From Nanobdellota archaeon (GTDB lineage Archaea > Nanobdellota > Nanobdellia > Pacearchaeales > GW2011-AR1): a DNA stretch of 27,196 nucleotides. The DNA lies in NCBI GenBank assembly GCA_018816625.1, contig JAHIVR010000108.1, positions 1-27,196 on the forward strand, in the 5' to 3' direction. Of the stretch, positions 1 through 6,804 are shown piece by piece. The stretch's first letter is position 1; each line of letters opens with the position of its first letter. A program made the position numbers and the translations under genes. Under the pieces are notes generated by a model. It made no database searches. It worked only from the letters and a program-made list of their open reading frames with translations, and was not told the DNA's origin.

Positions 1-2439
1 ATTCCCAACATAACCATAAGGCCACATTGTGAAATTATTTATCACAGCATTATAAACATCAATACGGGAAATATTTATCCCATTATACTCAATTGGTTTT
101 CCTGTGCTTGCAAATCTATAAGTTAAATCTTCTGGTTGCAAACTCTCATTTTCTAAAATAAGTGCAGCAGAACCAGCAACCATAGGAGCACTTGCAGATG
201 TTCCTGAAACACTAACTAATGATCCATCAAACGTCTTAGTTTGAATATCTTTTCCAGGTGCAAAAACATCAACAAACTCATTTACATTTGCAAAACTCGC
301 AATATTATCATTTTTATCTGTTGCACTCACTCTAGTAACTTTACTTGCACAAGCAGGAGAAACTAAATTTTCATTTTCATCATTTCCAGTTGCAGTTGAA
401 ACAAAAATTCCATCACTTACAGCAGTATTTGCAAGCTCTGCAACAACATTTGAATCACAAAAACCAGAATAACTACCCGCACCAATACTAAAACTAATAA
501 TATCAACATTTTCATCAATACAATACTGCAATCCCTGCAACACATCACTCTCATAACCATTTCCTGATGAGTCAATTACCTTAACTGCAACAATTTCAGA
601 ATCAGGTGCAATGGTTTTTGCAATATAAGCTACCTGAGTACCATGCCCGTGATCATCTGTTGGGTCATTATCATCATTTACAAAATCCCAGCCATAAGAA
701 AAATCAGTTACACTACCCTCAACACCAGTATCAATTATGCAAATCTTCTTTCCCTGTCCGCTTAAACCAAACTCATTCCTTACATCAGCACTTCTAATAA
801 TCTGCTCAGCATCATTTACCAACAAACTAACAGGCTCATCAATAATAATTTCATCGACGCTAAGAGCATTTAATAACTCCAAATTAAACTCATTAAGCTC
901 AAGAACTTCAAAATCAAGCCCTCCTAACTTCTTTCCAATAGAGGTTTTTCCTTGTTTAAGTTCAATAATAACCCTAACATTATCTCTAAGCAATAACTCA
1001 TCAATCACTTTGCTCTGAATCTTAAAATCCTTTTGTAAAAATTTAAATCTAATTCTCTCCTCTCTGGTCATATTAGTTAAATTTTGTGCTGTAACTGTTT
1101 CATTAACAAATTCTAAACTCTCATTAGTTTCTTCTGTCTCTTCAACTCCCTCTACAACTATCTTCTGGCTTGCAGAAGTTAATTCTTGTTCATTATAATT
1201 AAAAGAAATCTTTAAAGTTCCTTGTCTTGCAATTAATCCGAGTTCTGTTAAGCTAATTGGAACAATTAAAATTTCATCTGTAATATAATCTTCACCAAAC
1301 CCTTTTTCTACATCTGAATAATCTGTTGTAAAAACAGCTTTTCCATCTTTTATTTCAAAATTAACCTCTTGATCAGATTCAACTATCTCAACACTATAAC
1401 CTTCAGGCAAATCATATTCATAATCATTAACTTTAGAAACAAATCCTTCAATAATATCTCCTTCTACAATCTCTCCTGTTATTCCTGTACTTTCCCCAGC
1501 AGAATCAGTACTTGGGGCACTCTCAGAAGGACCTGGCTCTTCACTAGAAACACCAGAATCTTCCCCAGAATCGGTGCTTTCAGGTGCGGTTTCTGTTGTT
1601 TCTGAAGGGGGTACTGTATTTTCAGGAGCTACTTCTGTTACTTCTGAGGGAGATTCTCCTATTGGTGGCTCTTGGACTTGGCTTTCAGACGAGTCTGGTA
1701 GGGAGGAGTCTTCTCCCTGCCCTGTTGGAGTCTCTTCAATTGGTGGTTCTTCGGTTTCCTCTGCTGGAGCTCCATCTCCGGAACTACCCCCAGTATCACC
1801 AGTATCATTACTTGTTGTATCATTTTTTACCACAACAGAAACATCAAAATCCTCTCCTCCACCAGAGCTAGTTGATCCACTTAAAGAACCTATACCAGAA
1901 TCAACAACTCTAAAACTAAAAAGAACGCTAGGAAATACCTCTTTTTCTCCTTCAACACCATAACCAAACCCAGAACCTTCAGCCAACTTATCTTTGACAT
2001 AAAAATTACCCTCAACCACCGAGTTAGAAATCAAATCTTGTAAATTGTACTCGTTTATATTCCCAGCATTATCAATAATAAAACTTGAACTTGCCGGAAA
2101 TAACTCCCCGTGTTGCAATATAAGATTAACCTGTCCTTTTATCTCCTCTCCTGCAACATAATCTTGTTGAATCTCAGAAGCAACATTACCTGTAGAAAAA
2201 AGTTTTAATACAAAAACTAAATTAATGAGTAGGGCAACAGCAACAACAGATAAAAAAACAATAACAAATCTACCAACTTTGGGAGAAATATTCTTTCTTC
2301 CTAAAGAAAGATGATGTTTTTTATTTTCTTCATGACTACCAAGATATTTTGTTGTTACCTTACCATCTTTTTTTATACTATGATAAAGGTAAGGACCATA
2401 AGTTTTCCCATCTCTTTTTATATATTTTTTATAAACCAT
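1..2439 (-). CDS. Large membrane-anchored S8 (subtilisin-like) serine protease, partial (runs off the left edge); N-terminal KYLG module, TM anchor, acidic P/T/S/E-rich linker
   Basis: I read the minus frame codon by codon: it is open from ATG at 2439 to position 1 (813 codons, no stop). The triad motifs are CIIDTG (Asp 730-732), HGHGTQVA (His 643-645) and SGTSASAP (Ser 196-198), with oxyanion ATGND. The hydrophobic segment FVIVFLSVVAVALLINLVFVL lies at about 2209-2271. Not in the supplied ORF track. Confidence 0.92.
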   Translation of the reverse strand, partial: MVYKKYIKRDGKTYGPYLYHSIKKDGKVTTKYLGSHEENKKHHLSLGRKNISPKVGRFVIVFLSVVAVALLINLVFVLKLFSTGNVASEIQQDYVAGEEIKGQVNLILQHGELFPASSSFIIDNAGNINEYNLQDLISNSVVEGNFYVKDKLAEGSGFGYGVEGEKEVFPSVLFSFRVVDSGIGSLSGSTSSGGGEDFDVSVVVKNDTTSNDTGDTGGSSGDGAPAEETEEPPIEETPTGQGEDSSLPDSSESQVQEPPIGESPSEVTEVAPENTVPPSETTETAPESTDSGEDSGVSSEEPGPSESAPSTDSAGESTGITGEIVEGDIIEGFVSKVNDYEYDLPEGYSVEIVESDQEVNFEIKDGKAVFTTDYSDVEKGFGEDYITDEILIVPISLTELGLIARQGTLKISFNYNEQELTSASQKIVVEGVEETEETNESLEFVNETVTAQNLTNMTREERIRFKFLQKDFKIQSKVIDELLLRDNVRVIIELKQGKTSIGKKLGGLDFEVLELNEFNLELLNALSVDEIIIDEPVSLLVNDAEQIIRSADVRNEFGLSGQGKKICIIDTGVEGSVTDFSYGWDFVNDDNDPTDDHGHGTQVAYIAKTIAPDSEIVAVKVIDSSGNGYESDVLQGLQYCIDENVDIISFSIGAGSYSGFCDSNVVAELANTAVSDGIFVSTATGNDENENLVSPACASKVTRVSATDKNDNIASFANVNEFVDVFAPGKDIQTKTFDGSLVSVSGTSASAPMVAGSAALILENESLQPEDLTYRFASTGKPIEYNGINISRIDVYNAVINNFTMWPYGYVGN

Positions 2440-2450
2440 CAGTTACCTCT

Positions 2451-2478
2451 TTACTTTGGCCAAGCCTGGACGAAGTAA
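2451..2478. repeat. Palindromic mini-element copy A (TTACTTTGGCCAAGCCTGGACGAAGTAA)
   Basis: 27/28 identical to 11990-12017; imperfect hairpin; lies between the putative TATA box and the ATG of the protease. Confidence 0.85.
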
Positions 2479-2500
2479 TAAAACTGAGTAGGGTAACTAT

Positions 2501-2998
2501 TTAAATATTATTATTTGCCGAAGAGATCTTAGAAATATCTATCCTATTACTCTGATCCACCATCTTTGTATATTTTTGTAAAAGTAATGCAACACTCATT
2601 GTTCCAATATACATAGCTCTCTCTTCCAAAGTTCCGCAACTATCAAGAATTAAATGCCCAGCAACACCTGCACCTAACCAAGCAAAAGTCTTCATCTTGG
2701 CCTTTGCAAATAAAGCCCAAACAGCAGGTAGGACAACACCATACCTCAAAGAATGAGTAAAACTCCTGTGTTCTATTTGAGGAAGAACATCATTAGCCAG
2801 CAAAAAATCTCCAGCAAAATCAATATCTGGTAAAAATCCTCCAACAACACTCCTTACAGCAGTCTCAACCCTACCAGCACCAGGATAAAATTCTTTAGAT
2901 AAAAGATACCCTGTCATAACGTGCCCCATTAAATCAGCAGATGCTAAATAAGGATAATCCGCCATAGCCATTAAAGTTCCAGTAAGAGTAGCTACCAT
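2501..2998 (-). CDS. Metal-dependent membrane hydrolase (YdjM / LexA-binding inner-membrane hydrolase-like)
   Basis: Motifs GH..TG, GGFLPDID, HRSFTHSL and GHLILD with hydrophobic segments. The true start may be a downstream Met. Confidence 0.75.
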   Translation of the reverse strand: MVATLTGTLMAMADYPYLASADLMGHVMTGYLLSKEFYPGAGRVETAVRSVVGGFLPDIDFAGDFLLANDVLPQIEHRSFTHSLRYGVVLPAVWALFAKAKMKTFAWLGAGVAGHLILDSCGTLEERAMYIGTMSVALLLQKYTKMVDQSNRIDISKISSANNNI

Positions 2999-3042
2999 AG
3001 TTTCAAATCAAGAAGTAGCTTTTAAAACATTTCTATAAAAAC

Positions 3043-3109
3043 AAATGAGCCTACTCTAAACCGGCTACGCTTGGACGGAAATCGAATAGTTAGAAAAATG
3101 AGCCTACTC
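3043..3109. repeat. 14-bp duplication of the tRNA-Ile 3' end (AAATGAGCCTACTC at 3043-3056 and 3096-3109) enclosing mini-element copy B (3057-3095)
   Basis: Exact 14-bp direct repeat; the 39-bp insert contains GGCTACGCTTGGACG, 14/15 identical to the core at 9601-9615. Confidence 0.75.
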
Positions 3110-3219
3110 GGATTCGAACCGAGGACCCCTGCCTTTCTTAGAAAAACTAAGATACCTACAATCCTAACGGACCGCATTCATATAAGAGCAGTGCTCTGAC
3201 CAGGCTGAGCTATAGGCTC
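3099..3219 (-). tRNA. tRNA-Ile(UAU) with a 46-nt intron (3135-3180) at position 37/38
   Basis: Cloverleaf: acceptor GAGCCTA/TAGGCTC plus discriminator A, D stem GCTC/GAGC, anticodon stem CTGCT/GGCAG, loop CT-TAT-A|A, T arm CTCGG-TTCGAAT-CCGAG. Canonical BHB (CTTA:TAAG helix, bulges TA|T and AA|A). No encoded CCA. Confidence 0.93.
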
Positions 3220-3351
3220 CTGACTTATAAAACATAAATATCTTTCTATTTAAAGGTTTTTAGTTAGTTTTAAAAAGCATTTTTATCTCTAAGCAATATC
3301 AACTATATTAAAGGAAAGTTGAATGTCAAGAAAACCATAGGTTGTCTTACA

Positions 3352-3498
3352 GCCCCGTTAGTACAGAGGCCAAGTATGCTGCCCTTTCAAATGACGGCAC
3401 AAGTCGGCGTTTGTTGAGGAAACCTTGTGTTTCCGATTCAAATGGCACGACCATCATGAAGCACGGCAGTGACCCGGGTTCGAATCCCGGACGGGGCG
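3352..3498 (+). tRNA. tRNA-Glu(UUC) with a 74-nt intron (3390-3463) at position 37/38
   Basis: Acceptor GCCCCGT/ACGGGGC plus G, anticodon stem CTGCC/GGCAG, anticodon TTC at 3386-3388, T arm CCGGG-TTCGAAT-CCCGG. BHB: CTTT:GAAG helix with bulges CA|A and CA|C. Confidence 0.95.
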
Positions 3499-3532
3499 TA
3501 TAGCCTTTTTGGCACCCAAAGGAGATGAAGAA

Positions 3533-4483
3533 TTACTTATCTAGGTGACCACTTTTCTTTACTTTCTTCTTTTTTGTAGTCACCTCTTTTAAAGTTTTCT
3601 TATATTGTTTGATCAAGAATCTTAATGTAGTCTTAATATCATCTTGTTTGGAATACTTTTGAAGAGTTTGATAGTATTCCATTCTATCTTCAAGCATAAT
3701 GTTTATTGGAGGAGATTTATTTTTAAGAAGAATGAAATTAAGAAGCAATCTTCCAACTCTTCCATTCCCATCCTGAAAGGGGTGAATATGCTCAAACTGA
3801 TTATGCATTATTCCTGCAAGTGCTAAAGGTTTGAATTTATCTTTATTTTCTTTATACCACTCAATAAAATCCTCTAAATAATCTTTAAGTTCCTCCTTTG
3901 GAACTCCTGCATGAAGAATATGCCCTGCAGAATTTCTAACAACAACATTAACATTTCTGAATTTTCCTGCAAATGGCTTAGCCCCCTTGAAACATAACTC
4001 ATGTAATTTTAAAAGTAGTTTTATCGAGACATCTTCCTTAGTTTTTCTTATATAATTTACAGCTCCTGCAACACCCTTAGTTTCTACCTCTTCTTCATTT
4101 TCCGCTCGTATTTTTGAAAGAATCTCAGGAACTTCTTCTTCTGTAACAATTGATCCTTCAATTGCATTAGTATTATAAACAAAATCTTGTGTAAAAATCT
4201 CCCACTCTTTATCACTTAAATGGACAATGTCAATTTTATCACTATACTTGTTTAAAGTTTCAATCTGTTTTTTTGTCAAGGAAAATAAAAAAACATCCGT
4301 GTTAATTTTTTCCAGCAATTCCTTTATCTTTTTTTCGGCCTTTTTTCTGGCTTTTTCCAGTTCTTCCTTAGAAAGATTTGCTCCCAGATATTTTCTTATC
4401 TTTTCTACTCTTTCTTTATCTCTGTAAGAATGAACAAGATAATATTTTATTGATTTACCTGATTTTCTTTTTTCAATATACAT
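3533..4483 (-). CDS. Fic-domain protein (intramolecular-inhibition type) with N-terminal KYLG module
   Basis: Canonical HPFQDGNGRVGR motif (3749-3784); the N-terminal inhibitory motif TNAIEG matches (S/T)xxxE(G/N). Confidence 0.92.
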   Translation of the reverse strand: MYIEKRKSGKSIKYYLVHSYRDKERVEKIRKYLGANLSKEELEKARKKAEKKIKELLEKINTDVFLFSLTKKQIETLNKYSDKIDIVHLSDKEWEIFTQDFVYNTNAIEGSIVTEEEVPEILSKIRAENEEEVETKGVAGAVNYIRKTKEDVSIKLLLKLHELCFKGAKPFAGKFRNVNVVVRNSAGHILHAGVPKEELKDYLEDFIEWYKENKDKFKPLALAGIMHNQFEHIHPFQDGNGRVGRLLLNFILLKNKSPPINIMLEDRMEYYQTLQKYSKQDDIKTTLRFLIKQYKKTLKEVTTKKKKVKKSGHLDK

Positions 4484-4494
4484 AATATATCAAA

Positions 4495-4534
4495 GGTGCC
4501 CACGTTTATAAATATTTCTACTTTTGTGGTCACC
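4495..4534. promoter_or_regulatory. fic1 promoter: TATA box TTTATAAA (4505-4512) flanked by inverted repeat GGTGCCCAC / GTGGTCACC
   Basis: The TATA box lies 21 nt before the ATG at 4483; IR arms at 4495-4503 and 4526-4534 (8/9 match). Confidence 0.55.
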
Positions 4535-4548
4535 CCTACCCATACAAT

Positions 4549-4570
4549 CCATCTTGACAATCTTTATAAA
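4549..4570 (+). repeat. 22-bp repeat CCATCTTGACAATCTTTATAAA (second copy 6684-6705)
   Basis: 21/22 identity between the copies; ends in a TATA-like TTTATAAA. Confidence 0.75.
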
Positions 4571-4600
4571 ATTTAAAGATCACAACAAACTATAACCAAG

Positions 4601-4648
4601 TCGAGATAAAAAGAGTCCCATGGACTTGGTCTAGATCGTCTCGGATTC
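4601..4648 (+). repeat. 48-bp direct repeat, left copy, bounding the MNT-HEPN cassette
   Basis: 45/48 identical to 5484-5531. Confidence 0.9.
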
Positions 4649-4659
4649 TAAATATGTAC

Positions 4660-4691
4660 GTCTACACCACAAGATTTATATATTAGTAGAC
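4660..4691. promoter_or_regulatory. MNT-HEPN promoter: TATA box TTTATATA (4675-4682) inside inverted repeat GTCTAC-N20-GTAGAC
   Basis: The TATA box lies 21 nt before the ATG at 4704; perfect 6-bp IR at 4660-4665 and 4686-4691. Confidence 0.5.
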
Positions 4692-4703
4692 ACACAATAT
4701 TGT

Positions 4704-5168
4704 ATGGTATTTACAGAAATTAAAGAAAGAAACAAGAAAAAATATTATTACCGAGTTTTATCTGTAAGAAATAGTAGGAAAGTGGCAAAAAAACGAAAAT
4801 ACTTAGGTGTTGATTTATCAAAAAAAGACCTTCAGAAAAAAGAAGCGGAAGCTGATAAAATTTTAGGGATTGAAAATAAAAAAGAAACAGAAGCTCTAAA
4901 AAAAATAAAAACTCAAATTTTGAAAATTTTAAAGCAATACAAAATAAAAAAAGCAAGTATTTTTGGAAGTTATGCAAGAGGAGATTTTAAAAAAAAGAGT
5001 GATATCGATCTAATAATCCAACCAACTCCTGGAATGGGATTGGAATTTGTAGGCCTTGCATTAGAATTAGAAGATAAACTTGGAAAAAAGATCGATTTAC
5101 TTACATACAAAAGTATTCATCCTTTAATTAAAAAAAGTGTAATGGAAGATGAAATTAGAATAATATGA
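4704..5168 (+). CDS. mntA: Minimal nucleotidyltransferase (MntA-type antitoxin) with N-terminal KYLG module
   Basis: GSX10DXD motif: GS-YARGDFKKKS-DID; overlaps the HEPN gene by 4 bp. Confidence 0.9.
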   Translation: MVFTEIKERNKKKYYYRVLSVRNSRKVAKKRKYLGVDLSKKDLQKKEAEADKILGIENKKETEALKKIKTQILKILKQYKIKKASIFGSYARGDFKKKSDIDLIIQPTPGMGLEFVGLALELEDKLGKKIDLLTYKSIHPLIKKSVMEDEIRII

Positions 5169-5506
5169 TCAAAAATAATCCAAACACATATATTAAACAC
5201 ATTCTAGAAAATATAAAAGACATAGAAGAATTTTCTAAAGAATTAACTAAAAATAAAATATCTGAAGATAAACTAAGACAAAAAGCAATCATTAGATCAA
5301 TAGAAATTATTGGAGAAGCTGTTAAAAATCTTCCAGAATCATTTAGAAAAAACTACCCAAAAATCCCTTGGAAGAAAATTGCTGGAACAAGAGATAGAAT
5401 CATCCATCATTATTTTGGAATAGATTTGGACATTGTTTGGGAAATAATTAAAAAAGATCTTCCTGCATTAAAAAAGCAAATACTCGAGATAAAAAGAGTC
5501 CCATAG
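5165..5506 (+). CDS. hepT: HEPN / DUF86 RNase toxin (HepT-type)
   Basis: AIIRSIEIIGEA and PWKKIAGTRDRIIHHY (R-X4-H followed by Tyr); paired with the MNT gene. Confidence 0.9.
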   Translation: MIKNNPNTYIKHILENIKDIEEFSKELTKNKISEDKLRQKAIIRSIEIIGEAVKNLPESFRKNYPKIPWKKIAGTRDRIIHHYFGIDLDIVWEIIKKDLPALKKQILEIKRVP

Positions 5507-5531
5507 ACTTGGTCCAGATCGTCTCTGATTC
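5484..5531 (+). repeat. 48-bp direct repeat, right copy; supplies the last codons and stop of hepT
   Basis: 45/48 identical to 4601-4648; TAG here versus TGG in the left copy. Confidence 0.9.
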
Positions 5532-5557
5532 GGACGGGGCGTAATACCATTTTGGCA
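5531..5557 (+). repeat. Copy of the tRNA-Glu 3' end plus trailer (att-like)
   Basis: CGGACGGGGCGTA is identical to 3488-3500; 23/27 identity over 3488-3514. Confidence 0.8.
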
Positions 5558-5583
5558 TAATAGAGTGATGTATTTTTTCTAAT

Positions 5584-5624
5584 GTAGTACATAATAGAAA
5601 GATTTAAATAAGAGTAGTACATAA
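5584..5624 (+). promoter_or_regulatory. fic2 promoter: TATA box TTTAAATA (5603-5610) between direct repeats GTAGTACATAA
   Basis: Exact 11-bp direct repeats at 5584-5594 and 5614-5624; the TATA box lies 21 nt before the ATG at 5632. Confidence 0.6.
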
Positions 5625-5631
5625 CTAATCT

Positions 5632-6537
5632 ATGGTTACCGAAAAACAAATAGAAGTTAAAGGAAAAAAATACTGGATACTAATTCACTCAGTCAGAAAA
5701 GGGAATAAAGTTATTCAAAAGAAAAAGTATATTGGTAAATCCCTTCCTCCAAAAACTAGGTTGGAGCAGTTAAAAAAAGAATTCTTACAGGAACTTTCTG
5801 GAGACAAATATAAATATCTTTCTAAAGAAGATTTGGAAAAAATTGAGGAAAAGAAAAGAAAATATAAACAAGAATTAAAAAAACTAAGCAAAATAGAGAA
5901 AGAAAAAAAGCTAAATGAATTTGCGATTAGATATACTTATGACAGTAGTAAACTTTCGGGGATTAATGTTACATTAAGACAAACTTTTTTAATTCTAAAA
6001 GAAGGAATAATTCCAAAAGACTTTAAAAACTTAAGAATTGCCAAAGAAATCGAAAACCATGAAAAAGGATTTATTGCAATAACAAAATACAAAGGCAAAT
6101 TTGACATTAACTTTCTAAAAAAATTGCACAAGGTTCTTTTTTCTGGAATTGATGATACAATTACTGGCAAGCTAAGAAATGAACTAAAGAGAGATGTGAA
6201 AATAGCTGGAACCGCTTATGTGCCTCCTAAATGGACTGAAATAAAAAAAGAATTGGATGAATTTTTTAAATGGTATAAAGCAAGTAATAGAAAATTGCAT
6301 CCTTTAGAGCTAGCTTCATTAATACATTTAAAATTAATTTCAATACAACCTTTTGTTGATGGAAACAGCAGATTATCAAGATTGTTAATGAATTGGATTT
6401 TATGGAAAAAAAGTTATCCTTTAATAGATATTCCCATAGAAGACTTGGAAAATTATTATGATGCCCTTGATAAATACCAGATTGAAAAGGATGAAAGGCC
6501 TTTTGTAGATTATATTAAAAAGAAGTATTTATCTTAG
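5632..6537 (+). CDS. Fic-domain protein with substituted active site (His to Gln) and N-terminal KYIG module
   Basis: QPFVDGNSRLSR at 6346-6381 replaces HPFxDGNGRxxR; the inhibitory helix reads SSKLSG (no Glu). Confidence 0.88.
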   Translation: MVTEKQIEVKGKKYWILIHSVRKGNKVIQKKKYIGKSLPPKTRLEQLKKEFLQELSGDKYKYLSKEDLEKIEEKKRKYKQELKKLSKIEKEKKLNEFAIRYTYDSSKLSGINVTLRQTFLILKEGIIPKDFKNLRIAKEIENHEKGFIAITKYKGKFDINFLKKLHKVLFSGIDDTITGKLRNELKRDVKIAGTAYVPPKWTEIKKELDEFFKWYKASNRKLHPLELASLIHLKLISIQPFVDGNSRLSRLLMNWILWKKSYPLIDIPIEDLENYYDALDKYQIEKDERPFVDYIKKKYLS

Positions 6538-6782
6538 TTGGAATTTCCTCAGCTCTTTCTCATATGAAATTCTAATGTGCAAATCAAAAGAAGAAATCAA
6601 GAAACTCATAAAACAATCAGTAAAAAACAGAGAAGCCATGCCTTTATTGTTGTGGTTGTGTAAAGAATCTTGATCTATCACTCCCATCTCGACAATCTTT
6701 ATAAATAAAAGCAGTCACTTATAAAGTATCGGACTATTATCATCCGCTGTGAAAAAGTTGATCACACTAAAATCACAAGATA

Positions 6783-6804
6783 CTGCCCTTTACGGTCGGG
6801 GCGT
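6783..6804 (+). repeat. Degenerate tRNA-Glu remnant / distal att-like site
   Basis: CTGCCCTTT (6783-6791) equals tRNA-Glu 3379-3387; CGGTCGGGGCGT (6793-6804) matches the 3' end at 11/12. Confidence 0.5.

Larger units (their letters stand above)
3499..6804. mobile_element. tRNA-Glu-anchored islet of toxin-antitoxin/Fic cassettes; no integrase inside
   Basis: The tRNA-Glu 3' end recurs at 5531-5543 (13/13) and 6793-6804 (11/12). There are internal 48-bp and 22-bp direct repeats. The cargo is two Fic genes and an MNT-HEPN pair. Confidence 0.7.

Noticed and set aside
1480-1900. Locally GC-richer, repetitive-looking DNA
   Set aside because: It encodes the low-complexity E/P/S/T/G linker of the protease; there is no discrete repeat unit, and it is not a CRISPR array or insertion.
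606-1963. Plus-strand ORFs 606-797, 737-1018, 1369-1605, 1574-1963 and 1584-1871
   Set aside because: Antisense shadows of the continuous S8 protease frame; the Ser/Pro/Gly richness mirrors its acidic linker.
4601-4648. The 48-bp cassette repeat as a member of the hairpin mini-element family (reverse strand GACCAAGTCCATGGGAC)
   Set aside because: Only CCAAG..TGG..AC is shared and the loop and stem register differ; treated as a separate repeat.
4640-4648. CTCGGATTC identical to the tRNA-Ile T-arm region (3107-3115)
   Set aside because: Nine bp only; compatible with chance.
6574-6672. 32-codon ORF MCKSKEEIKKLIKQSVKNREAMPLLLWLCKES after fic2
   Set aside because: Too short, with no motif or promoter support; cannot be called an integrase remnant or antitoxin.
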